A stretch of 63,410 nucleotides of DNA, filler included, from Octopus bimaculoides (Eukaryota), in NCBI RefSeq assembly GCF_001194135.2. It is 6 parts of 6 records of this genome, joined end to end, with 100 filler letters (N's around TTAATTAATTAA, not from the genome) between each part and the next. Parts side by side here need not be neighbours in the genome. Positions count along the whole stretch, not along the records: positions 1 to 26,637 come from NC_068986.1; 5 more parts are not named here. One strand, written 5' to 3'. This document shows, in pieces, positions 11,202-23,759 of this stretch. The position numbers and the translations under genes were made by a program. The notes under the pieces were generated by a model. It saw nothing but the letters and a program-made list of their open reading frames with translations. It searched no databases and was not told where the DNA came from. Every line of letters begins with the position of its first letter. The stretch's first letter is position 1.

Positions 11202-14070
11202 CAACAGGATTGTTCAACTTATAAGAAATACTAGTGTTTTTTTTTTTTATTTTTGTATTAAGTTAATCATTATTTCACTGACTTCAGAAGGGTGAAACGC
11301 AAGATTTAAATATAAAAATGAAAGTGAGCAAGATGGACTCAGAGACTAATATCAGCAATAAATTTTGGTCTCAAAATTTTGGCGCAAGGCCAGCAATTTC
11401 GGGGGTGGGGAGTCAGTTACATGAACCTCAGTGTATGAATGGTAATTATTTTATCAACCTTAAAAGGATCAAAGGTAAAAGTCAACCTTGACAGAATTTG
11501 AACTCAGAACCTAGATGGACAAAATGCTGCTAAGCATTTTTCTCAGTGTGCTAATGATTCTGCCAGCTCCCCACCCCGTCAACATTGAATATTGTCACCA
11601 TTTAGTTCTGCTCTCTTTCATTTCTGCCAATCCTTAGCTTTATACTTCCCTAATAACAAAGGACTCGTAGGCAAATTTTGAGCAAATGACATTGTAAACA
11701 ACTCATTAGCATCATTATTATAATTAAAAGAAAGGTGGTGAGTTGGCAGAATCGTTAGCATGTCGGGAAAAATGCTTAGTTCTGAGTTGAAATTCCGCCG
11801 AGGTCGACTTTGTCTTTCATCCTTTCGGGGGTCAATTAATTAAGTACCAGTTACACACTGGAGTCGATGTAATCGACTTACACTCTTGCTGCAAACCTCA
11901 GGCCTTGTGCCTATAATGGAAAGGATTATTATCATTAAAAGAGTGTTGGATTAAGAGAATTGTCATATAAATTGATCGACAGAATTTCCTCTAGTTCTTT
12001 ACATTCTGAGTTCAAATCCTGTTTAGGTTGACTTTGCCTTTCATCCTTTCAGGGGTAATAAACAAAATACCAGAAAATAACTGGGATTAATGTAATTGAT
12101 TATACTGCTCCCCTAAAACACCTGGCCTTTAGCCAAAATTAGAAGGAATTATTATCATTATTAAGGGAGGGAGCAGAACACACCATTTAAGTGACATTGG
12201 GATACAAATATACAAAGTCCAATATACCCATCCTGACTACCTGTCTGATAAGGGTACACCAGGCACCTGCTTCACGACCATATGTGACATGGTGATCTCA
12301 TATCAAGATAAAAAGTGCATGACCTTGCATGTGGGGCCCAGTTAGAATTTACTTCAGGCCGAATAGCTCATCCTGCTTTGCAAAAGCAAACCTGTATATT
12401 AAGGGTTTATAAATCAATATGGCATTCTATCTTTTCGTGTTGGCAGTGTAAGTCAATCACTTTTTAGCTATGTCTATGAATTTTTTCTAGAATTTAGAGC
12501 CTGCATTGAAAGTTACTAAGTTCCATATATGAATACATCTATGTAAACAGTGTGTTCTAACTTTTAGTGCTGTCTCTAAATTCCATTGAAAATCCATAGG
12601 GATAACTTCAAAGTGATATATGGTTGTGTATCAATATAAGAAATCATTAATAAGGTAACAAAGAAGGTTAATGACAGAAATTAACAAAATATATTAGTTA
12701 CATTTCGTTACAGTCTCACCTTAAACCCTATCCAGATCAATTATTTTTTATGCTGAGCCTGACCAGTTACTCAGTTTCCTTGGTACATAAGTGTCCGCTG
12801 CACTTGTGTGTGTGTGTGTGAGGGGGGAGGGGAATTAACAACCATGCTGTCCAAAATGTGTGTGAATTTGTACCAATGTTTGAATCGTTATTGCAAGGCT
12901 GATGGATTGGTAGACTCCTCAGAGTGTTGAACAAATTACCTTGTGATATTTAGAAACTGCTTGTAGCAGATTCTAAACCAAATCACTGGATAGTAGAGTA
13001 GATATCACAGTCAAGTCACAGTTGTTTCACGTGATCGACCAATTAACTGACGAATCAGTGTTGAGCCATCACACAATTCAACCTCCTAGAACTTTCTTAT
13101 TGAGCCCTTTACAAAGATGGCTTTTGGTGATAACCCCAGAATGTTGAGGCAGTCACTCAACGTTTCCATTCTTGTTTCATCACCAGTCATTGGAGATAGA
13201 ACGCGCAATTTTTGTTACCATGAATATAACATCATTATTTTCCAGTTGTGATAGACCAGTCATAAATGCTATATCAGTTAATTATTTTCCAGTTGTAACA
13301 GGCCAGCCGTAATTGCTATATCAGTGTGTGTAATTGTCGCTGTTAGTTTTTAGCAAAAGACCAACACATAAAACGCTATGTGCCGTAACAAAATCTTCTG
13401 TTAATTGTTCATAGGGGTCGTTAATTACTTCGATACGCAGCCCTAGAAAGACATTTTCATTCATCAACACCTATAACAAGCTCTTGATTTTCCAAGTTCA
13501 GATTTCATTGAGGTTAACGTTTACCTTTCATCCTTTCAAGAATCGATAAAATGAAGTCACCCTCGAGTACTGGATGCGATTTAATAAACTAACCCTCATT
13601 CCCACAAATTTCTGGTCTTATCTCAATCGTAAGTATGATAATTGTCACTATTTGTAAAATAGTGGACGATATACTTTGCCATATTACATATGTCCTAAGT
13701 TGAAATTTATCTTTCCTTCTTCTCTGGTCGATCAAATATCAATTGATTACGGAGGTGGATTAAATCAACAACAATCCCTCTTCCAAAATTGGTGATTCTG
13801 TAAGTAAATTAAAAATTATTTATCAATATTAGTATCGATTGTTAATATCATAAACTCAGGTATTTGTATCCGCTTACACCATAATTCTAGCAAAGATGAA
13901 AACTAATTATTTCCCGTCCTTCCGTTAAATTTTATAAGAGAAGAACGAAAGTTTTCTTTCTCTTAATTCTCTCGTTTTAGCAAATTAAATCTATTTCCTT
14001 ATCATCTACATCCAATCGCTGCTCGGAAAATTATTTAAGAGGGATAACTACAATATTGTCACCGTATGTC

Positions 14071-14089
14071 ATGGCTTCTTGCGGTGAAG
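14071..14089 (+). CDS. ZNF277: ZNF277 probable coding exon 1 (MASCGE + 1 nt)
   Basis: ATG GCT TCT TGC GGT GAA G|GTTTGT. The phase-1 donor matches the phase-1 acceptor at 15634 (G+AA = Glu). Lies in a CpG-retaining region. Too short to confirm by homology. Confidence 0.55.
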
Positions 14090-14356
14090 GTTTGTAGTTC
14101 AATTGTTTTTTCAGCGTGGTAATAAGAAGAAACAAATGAAAAGAAAACTATTTTACCATTTACAACTTATAATAATTCTTGAAGTGTTAGAATAGTTATC
14201 TCTACCTCATTGGGATGGAAACGGGTACAGCAGTAGCTGGTGTTTCTTCTTTCATTATTCAATATTCCTGCTTCATACAACGGGGAATACGATTCCGAAA
14301 GAATTTTTCTCCCCCAAAATTTCGAATCGATACCTTTTTCCTCGCCAATTTCTTAC

Positions 14357-14374
14357 CTTTTCTTCATTCCCCAT
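14357..14374 (-). CDS. Candidate alternative first exon (MGNEEK)
   Basis: Minus strand ATG GGG AAT GAA GAA AAG|GTAAGA, same phase (0) as the 14586-14642 candidate. Could be chance. Confidence 0.2.
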
Positions 14375-14585
14375 AAAGTTGTGAAAGCCGTTAAAAAAAA
14401 AAAAACTCCGTTTAATTTGTTATCATTTTACTTCTAAGTTAATATATAGTATTATAAACAACCTGTCCATTCAAGCTCGTTAAAGTAGAATATATATTCT
14501 AATATCGAATTCAATAGATTCCGAGGAAATCAGTGAAGCTCTCCGTTGACAAATAATTGCAAACAGACACTATTTGTTGGCTTAC

Positions 14586-14642
14586 CATAATGTTTAGAGT
14601 TAAAACCGGCGCCAGGAGTGTGGAAGCCGGCACTACTGACAT
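14586..14642 (-). CDS. Candidate first coding exon of an unidentified divergent gene (MSVVPASTLLAPVLTLNIM)
   Basis: Minus strand aaaaATG, 19 open GC/CpG-rich codons, then a strong ATG|GTAAGC donor. No downstream exon found and no homology recognised. Confidence 0.35.
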
Positions 14643-15633
14643 TTTTCGTCTTAAAACTTAAAAAAAAATTTTTCTTCGCTTTTTCCATACTGTCGTTTTT
14701 CTTCGAGTTTTCTCAATAAGGCCTTTACACAGTAAAACCTTTTACAGATTTTTCCTTCTGTGTTTGCATTGTGACATTGACCTTTTCCGTGGTCTGAATC
14801 ACTTTGTTGAAAAGGCAAGGCTGAGCTGTTTATTCTGGTGTTCTCCACCCACTATTCCTGGAAGGGTCATGGAAGTAGAATCTTCAGGCACCTCCTCCTC
14901 CATAGGGTCTTATAAAAAGCAACTGTCATTATACTTTTCCTACTGGATTTCCAAATGTGACCACCTGAGGCAATATATTCCCATTTGGTGTATAAAAGTA
15001 ATATTTCAAACCAACAAAAATGTGAAGAATATTTATTTGAAATGCTTGGAGTATTGACAAAATTTGGTATTACCTTGTTGTTAATTTTTTTTATGTATTC
15101 CACTTGAGTAAAGCCACACAATTCCTTTAGCTGTGTTACATGAACTGTGTGTAAGTGAAAAATTTGAAAATTTTCATAATTGTTGAGCTTTGGAGATATT
15201 TGGGCACAATGTGTGCATCACAGCCAATGCTGACACAATCCATTTCCAAGTTTGGTTTTTAATTGGATCCTACTGGGGTCATCAAGTAACTTGCTGGACA
15301 AAGGTCCCTTGTCTGGAAGAGGGAGTGATATTGAGGGATGTGGATTCGTGCCAGTTGAGAGGTTGAATTATAATAGAGGGATAGAGATAGGTGTCTGACT
15401 GTGGAGGGGATACTTAGTTACCCCAATAGGAAAAGACAGGAGAGGGAAGATGTAGTTAGAAACAAATATATAAAGAAATAAATGGTGGCAGAGATGTACC
15501 GGGGACATACCCACAAGGTGCAGTGGGGAGGGTGAATATAAAGAATAGAGAGGGTGATGGGAGGAAGGCATAATAATGTCTATTGTGTCAGTTATGATAA
15601 TCATTAACAGAATTGTTTCTTTGTTCTCCCTAG

Positions 15634-15895
15634 AAATTGGTGAGCTACCAGTTCTTGAAACATTGTCTTTAACCCTTCCTGATAGTAATACTCTTGATGA
15701 CACAGATGACAAGCAAGACACATTGTCAGTGGACAATGAAGGCAGTCAGTCGCAGACATCAGAGGATCTTTGTTCCTGTATTTTCTGTACTTACACTGTG
15801 GACATTTCACAAGACAAGGACTCGTTACTTCGGCACTTGATCATCTCTCACAAACTTGTCATTGCAGATGTTAAATTAATTGCCAACTTAAAAAA
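15634..15895 (+). CDS. ZNF277: ZNF277 exon 2
   Basis: ttgttctccctag| acceptor, AA|GTAAGT donor. Encodes IGELPVLETLSL...CIFCTYTVDISQDKDSLLRHLIISHKLVIADVKLIANLK, matching my recollection of the ZNF277 N-terminal C2H2-like motif (CIFC...LLKHMIIEHKIVIADVKLVADF). Confidence 0.93.
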
Positions 15896-16351
15896 GTAAG
15901 TTTCTTTTCTCTTTCTTCTCTTCAAAATTCCTCATTAAAGATGGCAAAAATGGTGAAGAAGGGTGGAGCGGTAGACTCGCACACACACACACACACACAT
16001 AAATACAGCGATATGCACATACACATGTATCAGACATATTCATATGTACACACATGCACACATACCAATGCACATGTATATACATAGAACTTATACACAC
16101 TCACCCAAGCACATACATATACACTGTGCTGATGCTGCCAACACACACGCGCACAGCAGACACATTCTGGCAACTGGTGTCGCTACAATTCTTTATTCCC
16201 TTGACAATGTGGCACCACCAATTTCCTGTCCAAAGGAATTTCCTGCCAAAGGTGCCATGTTGTGGGACTGAACCCAGAACCGTGTGGTTGGGAAGCAAAC
16301 TTCTTATCACACAGCCATGCCAGCACCTATATAGTAATCCATCTTTTACAG

Positions 16352-16443
16352 ATATATTCTTTACTGGAAGAAACGAATGAAAGGTCATCCAATCACAGAC
16401 TTCTGCTCCACCATTGTACTCAATAGCAAGGAATCAGATGTTG
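16352..16443 (+). CDS. ZNF277: ZNF277 exon 3
   Basis: ttttacag|...G|GTAAGT, phase 2 to phase 1. Encodes YILYWKKRMKGHPITDFCSTIVLNSKESDV (vertebrate: YILYWRKRFTEQPITDFCSVI). Confidence 0.95.
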
Positions 16444-17047
16444 GTAAGTGAATCTTCCATCAATATTTGTTTCTTTTTCTTTAATGTCTTTGAGCAGTGG
16501 GGGAATGATTTCACCTGGCCGAGTTAATGAGGGAGCTTCTCGTTCCTCTCTATTTACCTCCACTCACCCAGCTCGGCTGTCTTCCATCTCTTCTATACAT
16601 TTCCCTCTTCAGATATGACTTGCCTCCTGTTCTCTCAGGCGGCCATGGTTTAGCCCAGTTTTGTTTTGACATCCTATGGCTTGCCTCTATACCAACTAGT
16701 TCTGTTGGACCGGAGTTGCAGGAAGAACGCCTTGATTTTTGTTTATAATTTCAAAGTTGACATTTTATGGAAATAAAGTTCTTGACATCTTCATCATCAT
16801 CATGTGTCCGTATTCCATGTCAGCATGGGTTGGATGGTTTGGCAGGAGCTGCACCAAGCTCCAGTCATCTGTTGTAGCTTGGTTTCTGCAGCTGGATGCC
16901 CTTCTTAATGCCAACCACTTTACAGAGTAGACTGGGTGCTTTTTATGTGGCACCAGCACAGGTGCATTTTACATAGCACCATCACCAATAGGACCACCAA
17001 GTACCTTGCAAAACAAAAACTCCTCAACTGGGAGTAGAGGAATAGTA

Positions 17048-17277
17048 TTAACCCTTTTGATATCAACCCAGCTGAAACCACCTCTGGCTCTGTAGTACAA
17101 ACGTCTTGTTTTCATAAGCTTTGAATTAAAATCTTCCACCAAACCTTAGCCACAATTTATGTTCCTAACACTAGCTTAATGATAACTTAGTTATTTTACT
17201 AAATTCTTTGTTATATTTAAAGTAATTGAGAGAAACACAGAACATCTCAGCAGAAATATGGTAACAAAAAGGGTTAA
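17048..17277. mobile_element. piggyBac-type MITE
   Basis: TTAA|CCCTTTTG...AAAAAGGG|TTAA: TTAA duplication and CCC termini. Inserted into an older repeat. Confidence 0.85.
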
Positions 17278-17622
17278 AGGGATGTGGTTTTGTGCCAGTT
17301 GAGAGATTTAAGGTACTGAGGGGACGGGTGTAGGTGTTAGCTTATAAGAATTTGGTTGGTTTTTCTGATTTCTAATGTGAGTTAAGCTGTAGTGGTTTTG
17401 GTGAGATGTTTTCTGAATCCTTTCATACATCTTTATCTTTTACTTGTTTCAGTCATTAGACTGTGGCCATGCTGGGGCATGACCTTGAAGAGTTTTTAGT
17501 TGAATTCCTCAACCCCCGTACTTATTTTAACTATGGTCCTTATTCTATCAGTCTCTTTTGCTGAACCACTAAGTTACAGGGATGTAAGCAATCAGCACCG
17601 ATTGTGAAGTGGTGGTGGAGGA

Positions 17623-17656
<34 letters not shown>

Positions 17657-17859
17657 ATGAGGTTCTTTCAGTTTCCATCTAACAAATCCATTCACAAGGC
17701 TTTGTTCAGCGTGAGGCGATAGTAGGAGACACTTGCCCAAGGTACTACGCAGTGGGACTGAACCCAGAACTATGTGTTTGGGAAGTGCATTTCATACCAT
17801 GGGTAATATCTGGATAACATACTTCAGCCACCATGGGTAATATCAGGCAATATGGCATA

Positions 17860-17892
<33 letters not shown>

Positions 17893-18805
17893 TAAATGTC
17901 CGTTTTTCCCACACACACATATACATATAGTAATTAATATTAGGGAGGGCATCCAACTGTAGAAACTTGCCAAAGTAGACATTGGAGCAAAAGACAACCC
18001 TCTAATTTGTCAGATCCTGTTGAACTGTCAACTCCTACCTTCATGGACGACAGACATTGGCTGCAGACTATCTGACCTCCTAAATCCAATGCCAGTATGG
18101 TAATGGTTGTTACTGTCCTATGTTTGGGACTGTCTCTAATGCTCCTACTACTACTACTACTGCTACTAAGTACCACTCCCTCAATTGCTCCCACCCCATT
18201 CATTCTCCATATTTAGTAAGTTAAATTTGCTATAAAAGGTTACTAAATATAGAAAATGAATGGGACAAGGAGAGTTAAAATAATGATGATATATATATAT
18301 ATANNNNNNNNNNNNNNNNNNNNNNNNNNNNNNNNNNNNNNNNNNNNNNNNNNNNNNNNNNNNNNNNNNNNNNNNNNNNNNNNNNNNNNNNNNNNNNNNN
18401 NNNNNNNNNNNNNNNNNNNNNNNNNNNNNNNNNNNNNNNNNNNATATATAGTCAAAATTATGTGTAATAACTCCATAATGTGCAGTTATCAGCTACCATG
18501 CACCATTATACAGCAGGATTCGTTCCTTTACTGTATATATGTGTAGAAATCCATTAGTGTATATAAAAATTTATAAAACAAGATGGAATGAACAAGCTAC
18601 AATCACAAATCACAACAATTGTTTCTGTGCATTGGCAATAACTGTTGCTGAGTTTTCCATATCATGATATTACATAAAATGTTATGTAAATATGATCCAG
18701 CAACAGCTGTATACTGGCACATCATCAGGTAACTGGCTTTGATAGCACTGCTTTCAATTGTGACTTATGATTAAAGCCTGTTCATTCCATGTTCTTGTCT
18801 TTAAA

Positions 18806-18841
<36 letters not shown>

Positions 18842-19258
18842 TTAAGGATCACATAGGTTGTAATCCTTTGAAACATATGTAGGAATAAAGTATGCAATTA
18901 TAACATGCATTTTCTCCATTCCTTAAATTTTTAAATATACTCAAATACCCAAAATTTCAAGGAGTTCCTGCTTTAAAAACAGGAACTACACCAAAGTTAT
19001 TTTGTGCTCTTTGCTACATTGGTTTCTATTAAGCCATTTATTCTATCCGAAGAATTTTTATTCATTAAGATAGAAGAAATACATATAATTAAATATATAT
19101 ATATATATAGATATGAATTTAAAAGAAAGAATAGAAATAATTGGTTGCCATAAGTAAACCAGCTCTTATGCCTGCATATTAACCTCGCACCCACTCGCCC
19201 ATCTTTTATTTCGTCCTTAGGTTTCCCCTATTATTGATATCCCCTTCTTCTATTGTAG

Positions 19259-19341
19259 GGAAACGAGAAGACTACTATTTACTCTCTGATGTCTTCCCTG
19301 AAGATAAATACCTGCGTCAGTATTTACAAGAGAAAAGACTT
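19259..19341 (+). CDS. ZNF277: ZNF277 exon 4
   Basis: cttctattgtag|...CTT|GTGAGT, phase 1 to 0. Encodes KREDYYLLSDVFPEDKYLRQYLQEKRL (vertebrate: ENYFLLCDVLPEDRILREELQKQRL). Confidence 0.95.
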
Positions 19342-19439
19342 GTGAGTGGTCATTCATTGTATTCTTATTTCACACAACAGTCATTAGTCTCGTTTTTCTT
19401 TTAAACTTCCCTCTTGCTTAGTTTCATTCTATTGATCTT

Positions 19440-19870
19440 TTTTTTCATTTTGTGGCCATTGTCCCCTGACTGGCTCCCATGCTGGTGGCACGTAAAAAGC
19501 ACCATCCGAACGTGGTCAATGCCAGGTCTGCCTGACTGGTTCCTGTGCCTGTGGCACATAAAAAGTACCATCCGAATGTGGCTTATGCCAGTACCCCCCT
19601 TACTGGCTCTCATGTCAGTGGCACGTAAAAAGCACTATCCAAATGTGATTGATGCCAGGCCAGCCTGACTGGCTCTTGTGCCAGTGGCACGTAAAAAGTA
19701 CCTGCTACACTCTCAGTGGTTGGCGTTAGGAAGGGCATCCAGCTGTAGAAACATTGCCAGATCAGATTGGAGCCTGGTGCAGCCACTGGCTTTTCAAACC
19801 TCAGTCAAACCATCCAACCCATGCCAGCATGGAAAGCTGACGTTAAACGATGAGGAGGAGGAGGAGGAGG
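19440..19870 (+). mobile_element. Family C copy with ~3.5 monomers (ZNF277 intron 4)
   Basis: CCTGACTGGCTC...GTGGCACGTAAAAAGCACC occurs four times before the body. Confidence 0.85.
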
Positions 19871-20709
19871 GAATAGAAACTTTGGTTTGGGATGTGGGGA
19901 TGAGGTTACCTGACAGTTTGTTGTGGGTAAAAGAGAGTGGAGAGGACGGTCAGCTAAGTTTATAGTGCCNNNNNNNNNNNNNNNNNNNNNNNNNNNNNNN
20001 NNNNNNNNNNNNNNNNNNNNNNNNNNNNNNNNNNNNNNNNNNNNNNNNNNNNNNNNNNNNNNNNNNNNNNNNNNNNNNNNNNNNNNNNNNNNNNNNNNNN
20101 NNNNNNNNNNNNNNNNNNNNNNNNNNNNNNNNNNNNNNNNNNNNNNNNNNNNNNNNNNNNNNNNNNNNNNNNNNNNNNNNNNNNNNNNNNNNNNNNNNNN
20201 NNNNNNNNNNNNNNNNNNNNNNNNNNNNNNNNNNNNNNNNNNNNNNNNNNNNNNNNNNNNNNNNNNNNNNNNNNNNNNNNNNNNNNNNNNNNNNNNNNNN
20301 NNNNNNNNNNNNNNNNNNNNNNNNNNNNNNNNNNNNNNNNNNNNNNNNNNNNNNNNNNNNNNNNNNNNNNNNNNNNNNNNNNNNNNNNNNNNNNNNNNNN
20401 NNNNNNNNNNNNNNNNNNNNNNNNNNNNNNNNNNNNNNNNNNNNNNNNNNNNNNNNNNNNNNNNNNNNNNNNNCCCCCCCCCCCATTTTTTACTGCAGTC
20501 CATTAAAGGTTATTTACTACTGAACCAGATTGAACTTTGGCTATTGGATATAAACATCTTCATTTGTTCAGCCAGCACTGATGTATCAAATGTCAAGTAA
20601 CTTGATGTCATATACATAATACACACATACACTCATATATAATATATATATATATACACACATACAAATAATCAGAAAATCGAGAAAACCTCAGATTAAC
20701 AAACACTTT

Positions 20710-20838
20710 GATTGGACCACATTTATAGCTTATTTTTTAATACAAAGCATGACATAATAAATAGGTGATGTAATATGTTACAAGATATGTTACGTCACCT
20801 ATTTGTTATGCATGTATAAGCTATAATGTGCTCCAATC
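20710..20838. repeat. Imperfect fold-back element (MITE-like)
   Basis: GATTGGACCACATTTATAGCTTA...AAATAGGTGATGTAA pairs with TTACGTCACCTATTT...TAAGCTATAATGTGCTCCAATC. Confidence 0.7.
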
Positions 20839-21528
20839 GATGCATGAGGTTTCCTCCATTTTATGATTATTTGTATTTGTTTCCTGATGAACTCTTGTTC
20901 ATCCTTTCACATTGCTCCTATCCACTCATCTGATAAAAAGGAGTCATTCTGCGACAGACCGGTGTCCCATCCAGGGAGGAATATGTGTACACCATAGAAA
21001 CCTGGAAACTTGCCTTATGCTCTTGATGTAGTGATGTAAGACTATCTGTAACACTCTGTAAAGTGGTTGACATTAAGAAGGGCATCCAGCCATAGAAACC
21101 CTACCAAAACAGACAACGTGGTGCAGCTGCTGGCCTTGCCGGCTTGTGTCAAACTCTGACCCACACCAGCAGGGAAAATGGACGTTAAACGATGATGGCT
21201 ATTCTAGTTTATTGATAGAGAAGAATAAAAGTGACTGTCAGTTCATTTACATAGTTGGTGTCAAGACAAGGACACACACACACCCACATAATACACAACA
21301 GGCTTCTCTTAGTTTCCATTTATCAAATCTACTGGGTTGTTCCAGAGTTATAATAGAAAACACTTGCCAAGGTTCCTCACAGTGAAACCGATCCTAAAAC
21401 CTTGTGATTGGGAAGCAAAGTACTTGACCACACAGCCACACCTGTGTCTATTTATTTATTTATGTTATATTTTATATTTGTTTGTTATATTTTATATTTA
21501 TTTATGGTATATTTATGTTGTATTTTAG

Positions 21529-21620
21529 GAAACTGCTTTAGAAGTGCAACAGAAAGAAAGAGCAGATCAAACTTTCTCCAGAGATTGTCTCTTCTGTAGA
21601 GAACATTTCTTAGGCAATAG
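21529..21620 (+). CDS. ZNF277: ZNF277 exon 5
   Basis: tattttag|...AG|GTAAGA, phase 0 to 2. Encodes ETALEVQQKERADQTFSRDCLFCREHFLGN. Confidence 0.95.
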
Positions 21621-21729
21621 GTAAGACCACTACATCACGTTGTGTATATTAGCAGAATGATTAAAAGCTGTCGATAATGCTCAGAAGACTCTACAGAAGT
21701 AATTGATAGCTTCTATTACCTAGGTAACC

Positions 21730-21834
21730 TAATCAGCAGTTGGGGAGAGTGTATTGAAAGTATGGTGGTGGTGGTCAGGATTAGAATAGGATGGGAAAAG
21801 TTCAGGAGAGAATTGTTGCCTTTAAGGACAAGGG

Positions 21835-21916
<82 letters not shown>

Positions 21917-22500
21917 GAAGGGTAGATTATATGATGGATGTGTACAAGCTGCTCTCGACTGCGGAGGATGTGCAAAAGTTGGAAAGGAAGAAAAAAAGAA
22001 GGCCTGGTTCACTGGATGTGTAATGTTATGATGAAGCATTGAGGAATAGAATGAGCTGAGAGAAAAACTGGGTTTAACCCATTTGTTACCATATTTCTGT
22101 AGAGATGTTCTACGTTTCTTTCAATTAATTCTAAGTATAACAAAGAATTTAGTAAAATAACTTAAGTTATCATAAAGCTAGTGTTGGGAACATAAATTGT
22201 GACTAAGGTTTGGTGGAAGATTTTAATTCAGAACTTTTGAAAACAAGACATTTGTACTCAGAGCCAGAGATGGTTCCAACTGGGTTGGTATCAAAAGGTT
22301 TAAGAGGGATCGGTTGTATGGATGATGACAAGTGAGTGTAAAAGGATCCAATGGAAGAGGATGGACCAAAGAAGACATAAGCAGAAGTGAAGGCTGACCT
22401 TAGAAAACTGAACCAAACAAAGGAGATGATTAAGGAACACAAGTAGTAGGATGGTATTCTGGAAATGACACCAATTTGCCTGGAACTGCCTCTGGTTTTA
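21730..22500 (+). mobile_element. Decayed RTE LINE 3' portion
   Basis: RIRIGWEKFRRELLPL...(TC)n...SVKGRLYDGCVQ; EKLGL|RGI rejoins across the MITE; the 3' end resembles GRPKKTW..VKADLRKL. Confidence 0.75.
22074..22303. mobile_element. piggyBac-type MITE, second copy (opposite orientation)
   Basis: TTAA at 22074-77 and 22300-03; reverse complement of 17052-17273; interrupts an RTE remnant. Confidence 0.85.
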
Positions 22501-23457
22501 TGATGCAAACTTGCTGTTTTTAAAATTTCCTATTAATTTATGTTCAAAACACCAGCTTAGTAATTCATTCCACTTTAGGCACAAGGCCAGCAATTTCAGG
22601 AGAGGGGATGAATCGATTACATCAACCCTAGTACGCAACTGGTACTTCTTTTATTGACCCCCCAAAAAGATGAAAGACAAAGTCAACCTTGGTGAAATTT
22701 GAACTCAGAACTTAAAGACAGATGATAATGCTGCTAAACATTTTGCTCTGCTTGTTAAGCATTCTGCCAGCTTCCCAACTTTAAACACCATCTTAACCCA
22801 TTAACTGCCAAATTTTTTTATTCATATTTTTTGGCTTTGCCAGGTGTCTTAGGAGTTAAAATAATATATAATATTTAAATTTTCTTCATATGTGAATTAT
22901 TCAGAAATATCGCTAAGCATTTCACCCAGCACGCTAACAATTCAGCCAGCTTGCCACCCTCATCATAAATATATATTGGTATGTGTATGCCTCTGTGTCT
23001 ATATTTGTCCCCAACCATCACTTGACAACCAGTGTTGGTGTGTTTACATCCCTGTAACTTAGTGGTTCAGCAAAAGACACCAATAGAATAAATACCAGGC
23101 TTTTAAGCAAAATAAGTACTGGGATGGATTTGCTTGACTAAGATTCTTCGAGGCCCCAGCATGGCCACAATTTAATGATTGAAATTAGTAAAAGATGGAA
23201 GATTAGCTTAATGATCAATATTAATGAAGTCTGATCTTAATTAGTACAGACAACAGACTGGGTATGTTATTAGACACCCAATAGTGAGCCAAATTACTTC
23301 CGGGTATTTAATGGGTAGATGTTCTTTTAAATGTGTCAGTGCTGTGAAGAGTTCCTCTCTCTCTTTCTCTCCCCTCACTCCCTCTCTCTCCTCTTTCCTT
23401 TTCTTTCTCTATCTTAACCTCTTTTTTTCTCTTTTTTATTGTCTCTTCTCTCTTCAG

Positions 23458-23522
23458 ATCTGAACTATTCAACCATATGGCATTTGATCACGGTTTCAAT
23501 GTTGGTCAACCAGACAATCTTG
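23458..23522 (+). CDS. ZNF277: ZNF277 exon 6
   Basis: Long pyrimidine tract + cag|...G|GTGAGG, phase 2 to 1. Encodes SELFNHMAFDHGFNVGQPDNL and completes the CxxC...HxxxxH finger begun in exon 5. Confidence 0.95.
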
Positions 23523-23759
23523 GTGAGGCTGTTTCTTCTTTTATCTTAGTCCTTCATTGCTCTTTATAACCCATTCACAGATATTTTCTATCATATCTCT
23601 ATCTTTTAGTGTGTGTGTGTGTTAGCTGTTAGAAAAGGCTTCCAGCCATAGAAACCATGCCAAAACAGACATGGGCTGTGGTCAGCTCCTGTCAAACCAT
23701 TCAACTCATGCCAACATGGAAAATGGACGTTAGATGATAATGATGACGATATATACATA

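Larger units (their letters stand above)
13000..14720. promoter_or_regulatory. Probable unmethylated (possibly bidirectional) promoter region of ZNF277
   Basis: Largely repeat-free; CpGs are visibly retained (gaacgcgc, tcgatacgc, ccggcgcc) whereas the flanks are CpG-poor. Contains the candidate first exons. Confidence 0.45.

Noticed and set aside
14651-15120. piggyBac-like Cys-rich tail or DOCK-family first exon near the ZNF277 promoter
   Set aside because: Cys spacing is incomplete, no TIRs, and no DOCK-like sequence in any frame.
15576-15633. Met start of ORF 15576..15899
   Set aside because: MSIVSV... is intronic sequence upstream of the acceptor at 15633; the ORF stop is in the donor site.
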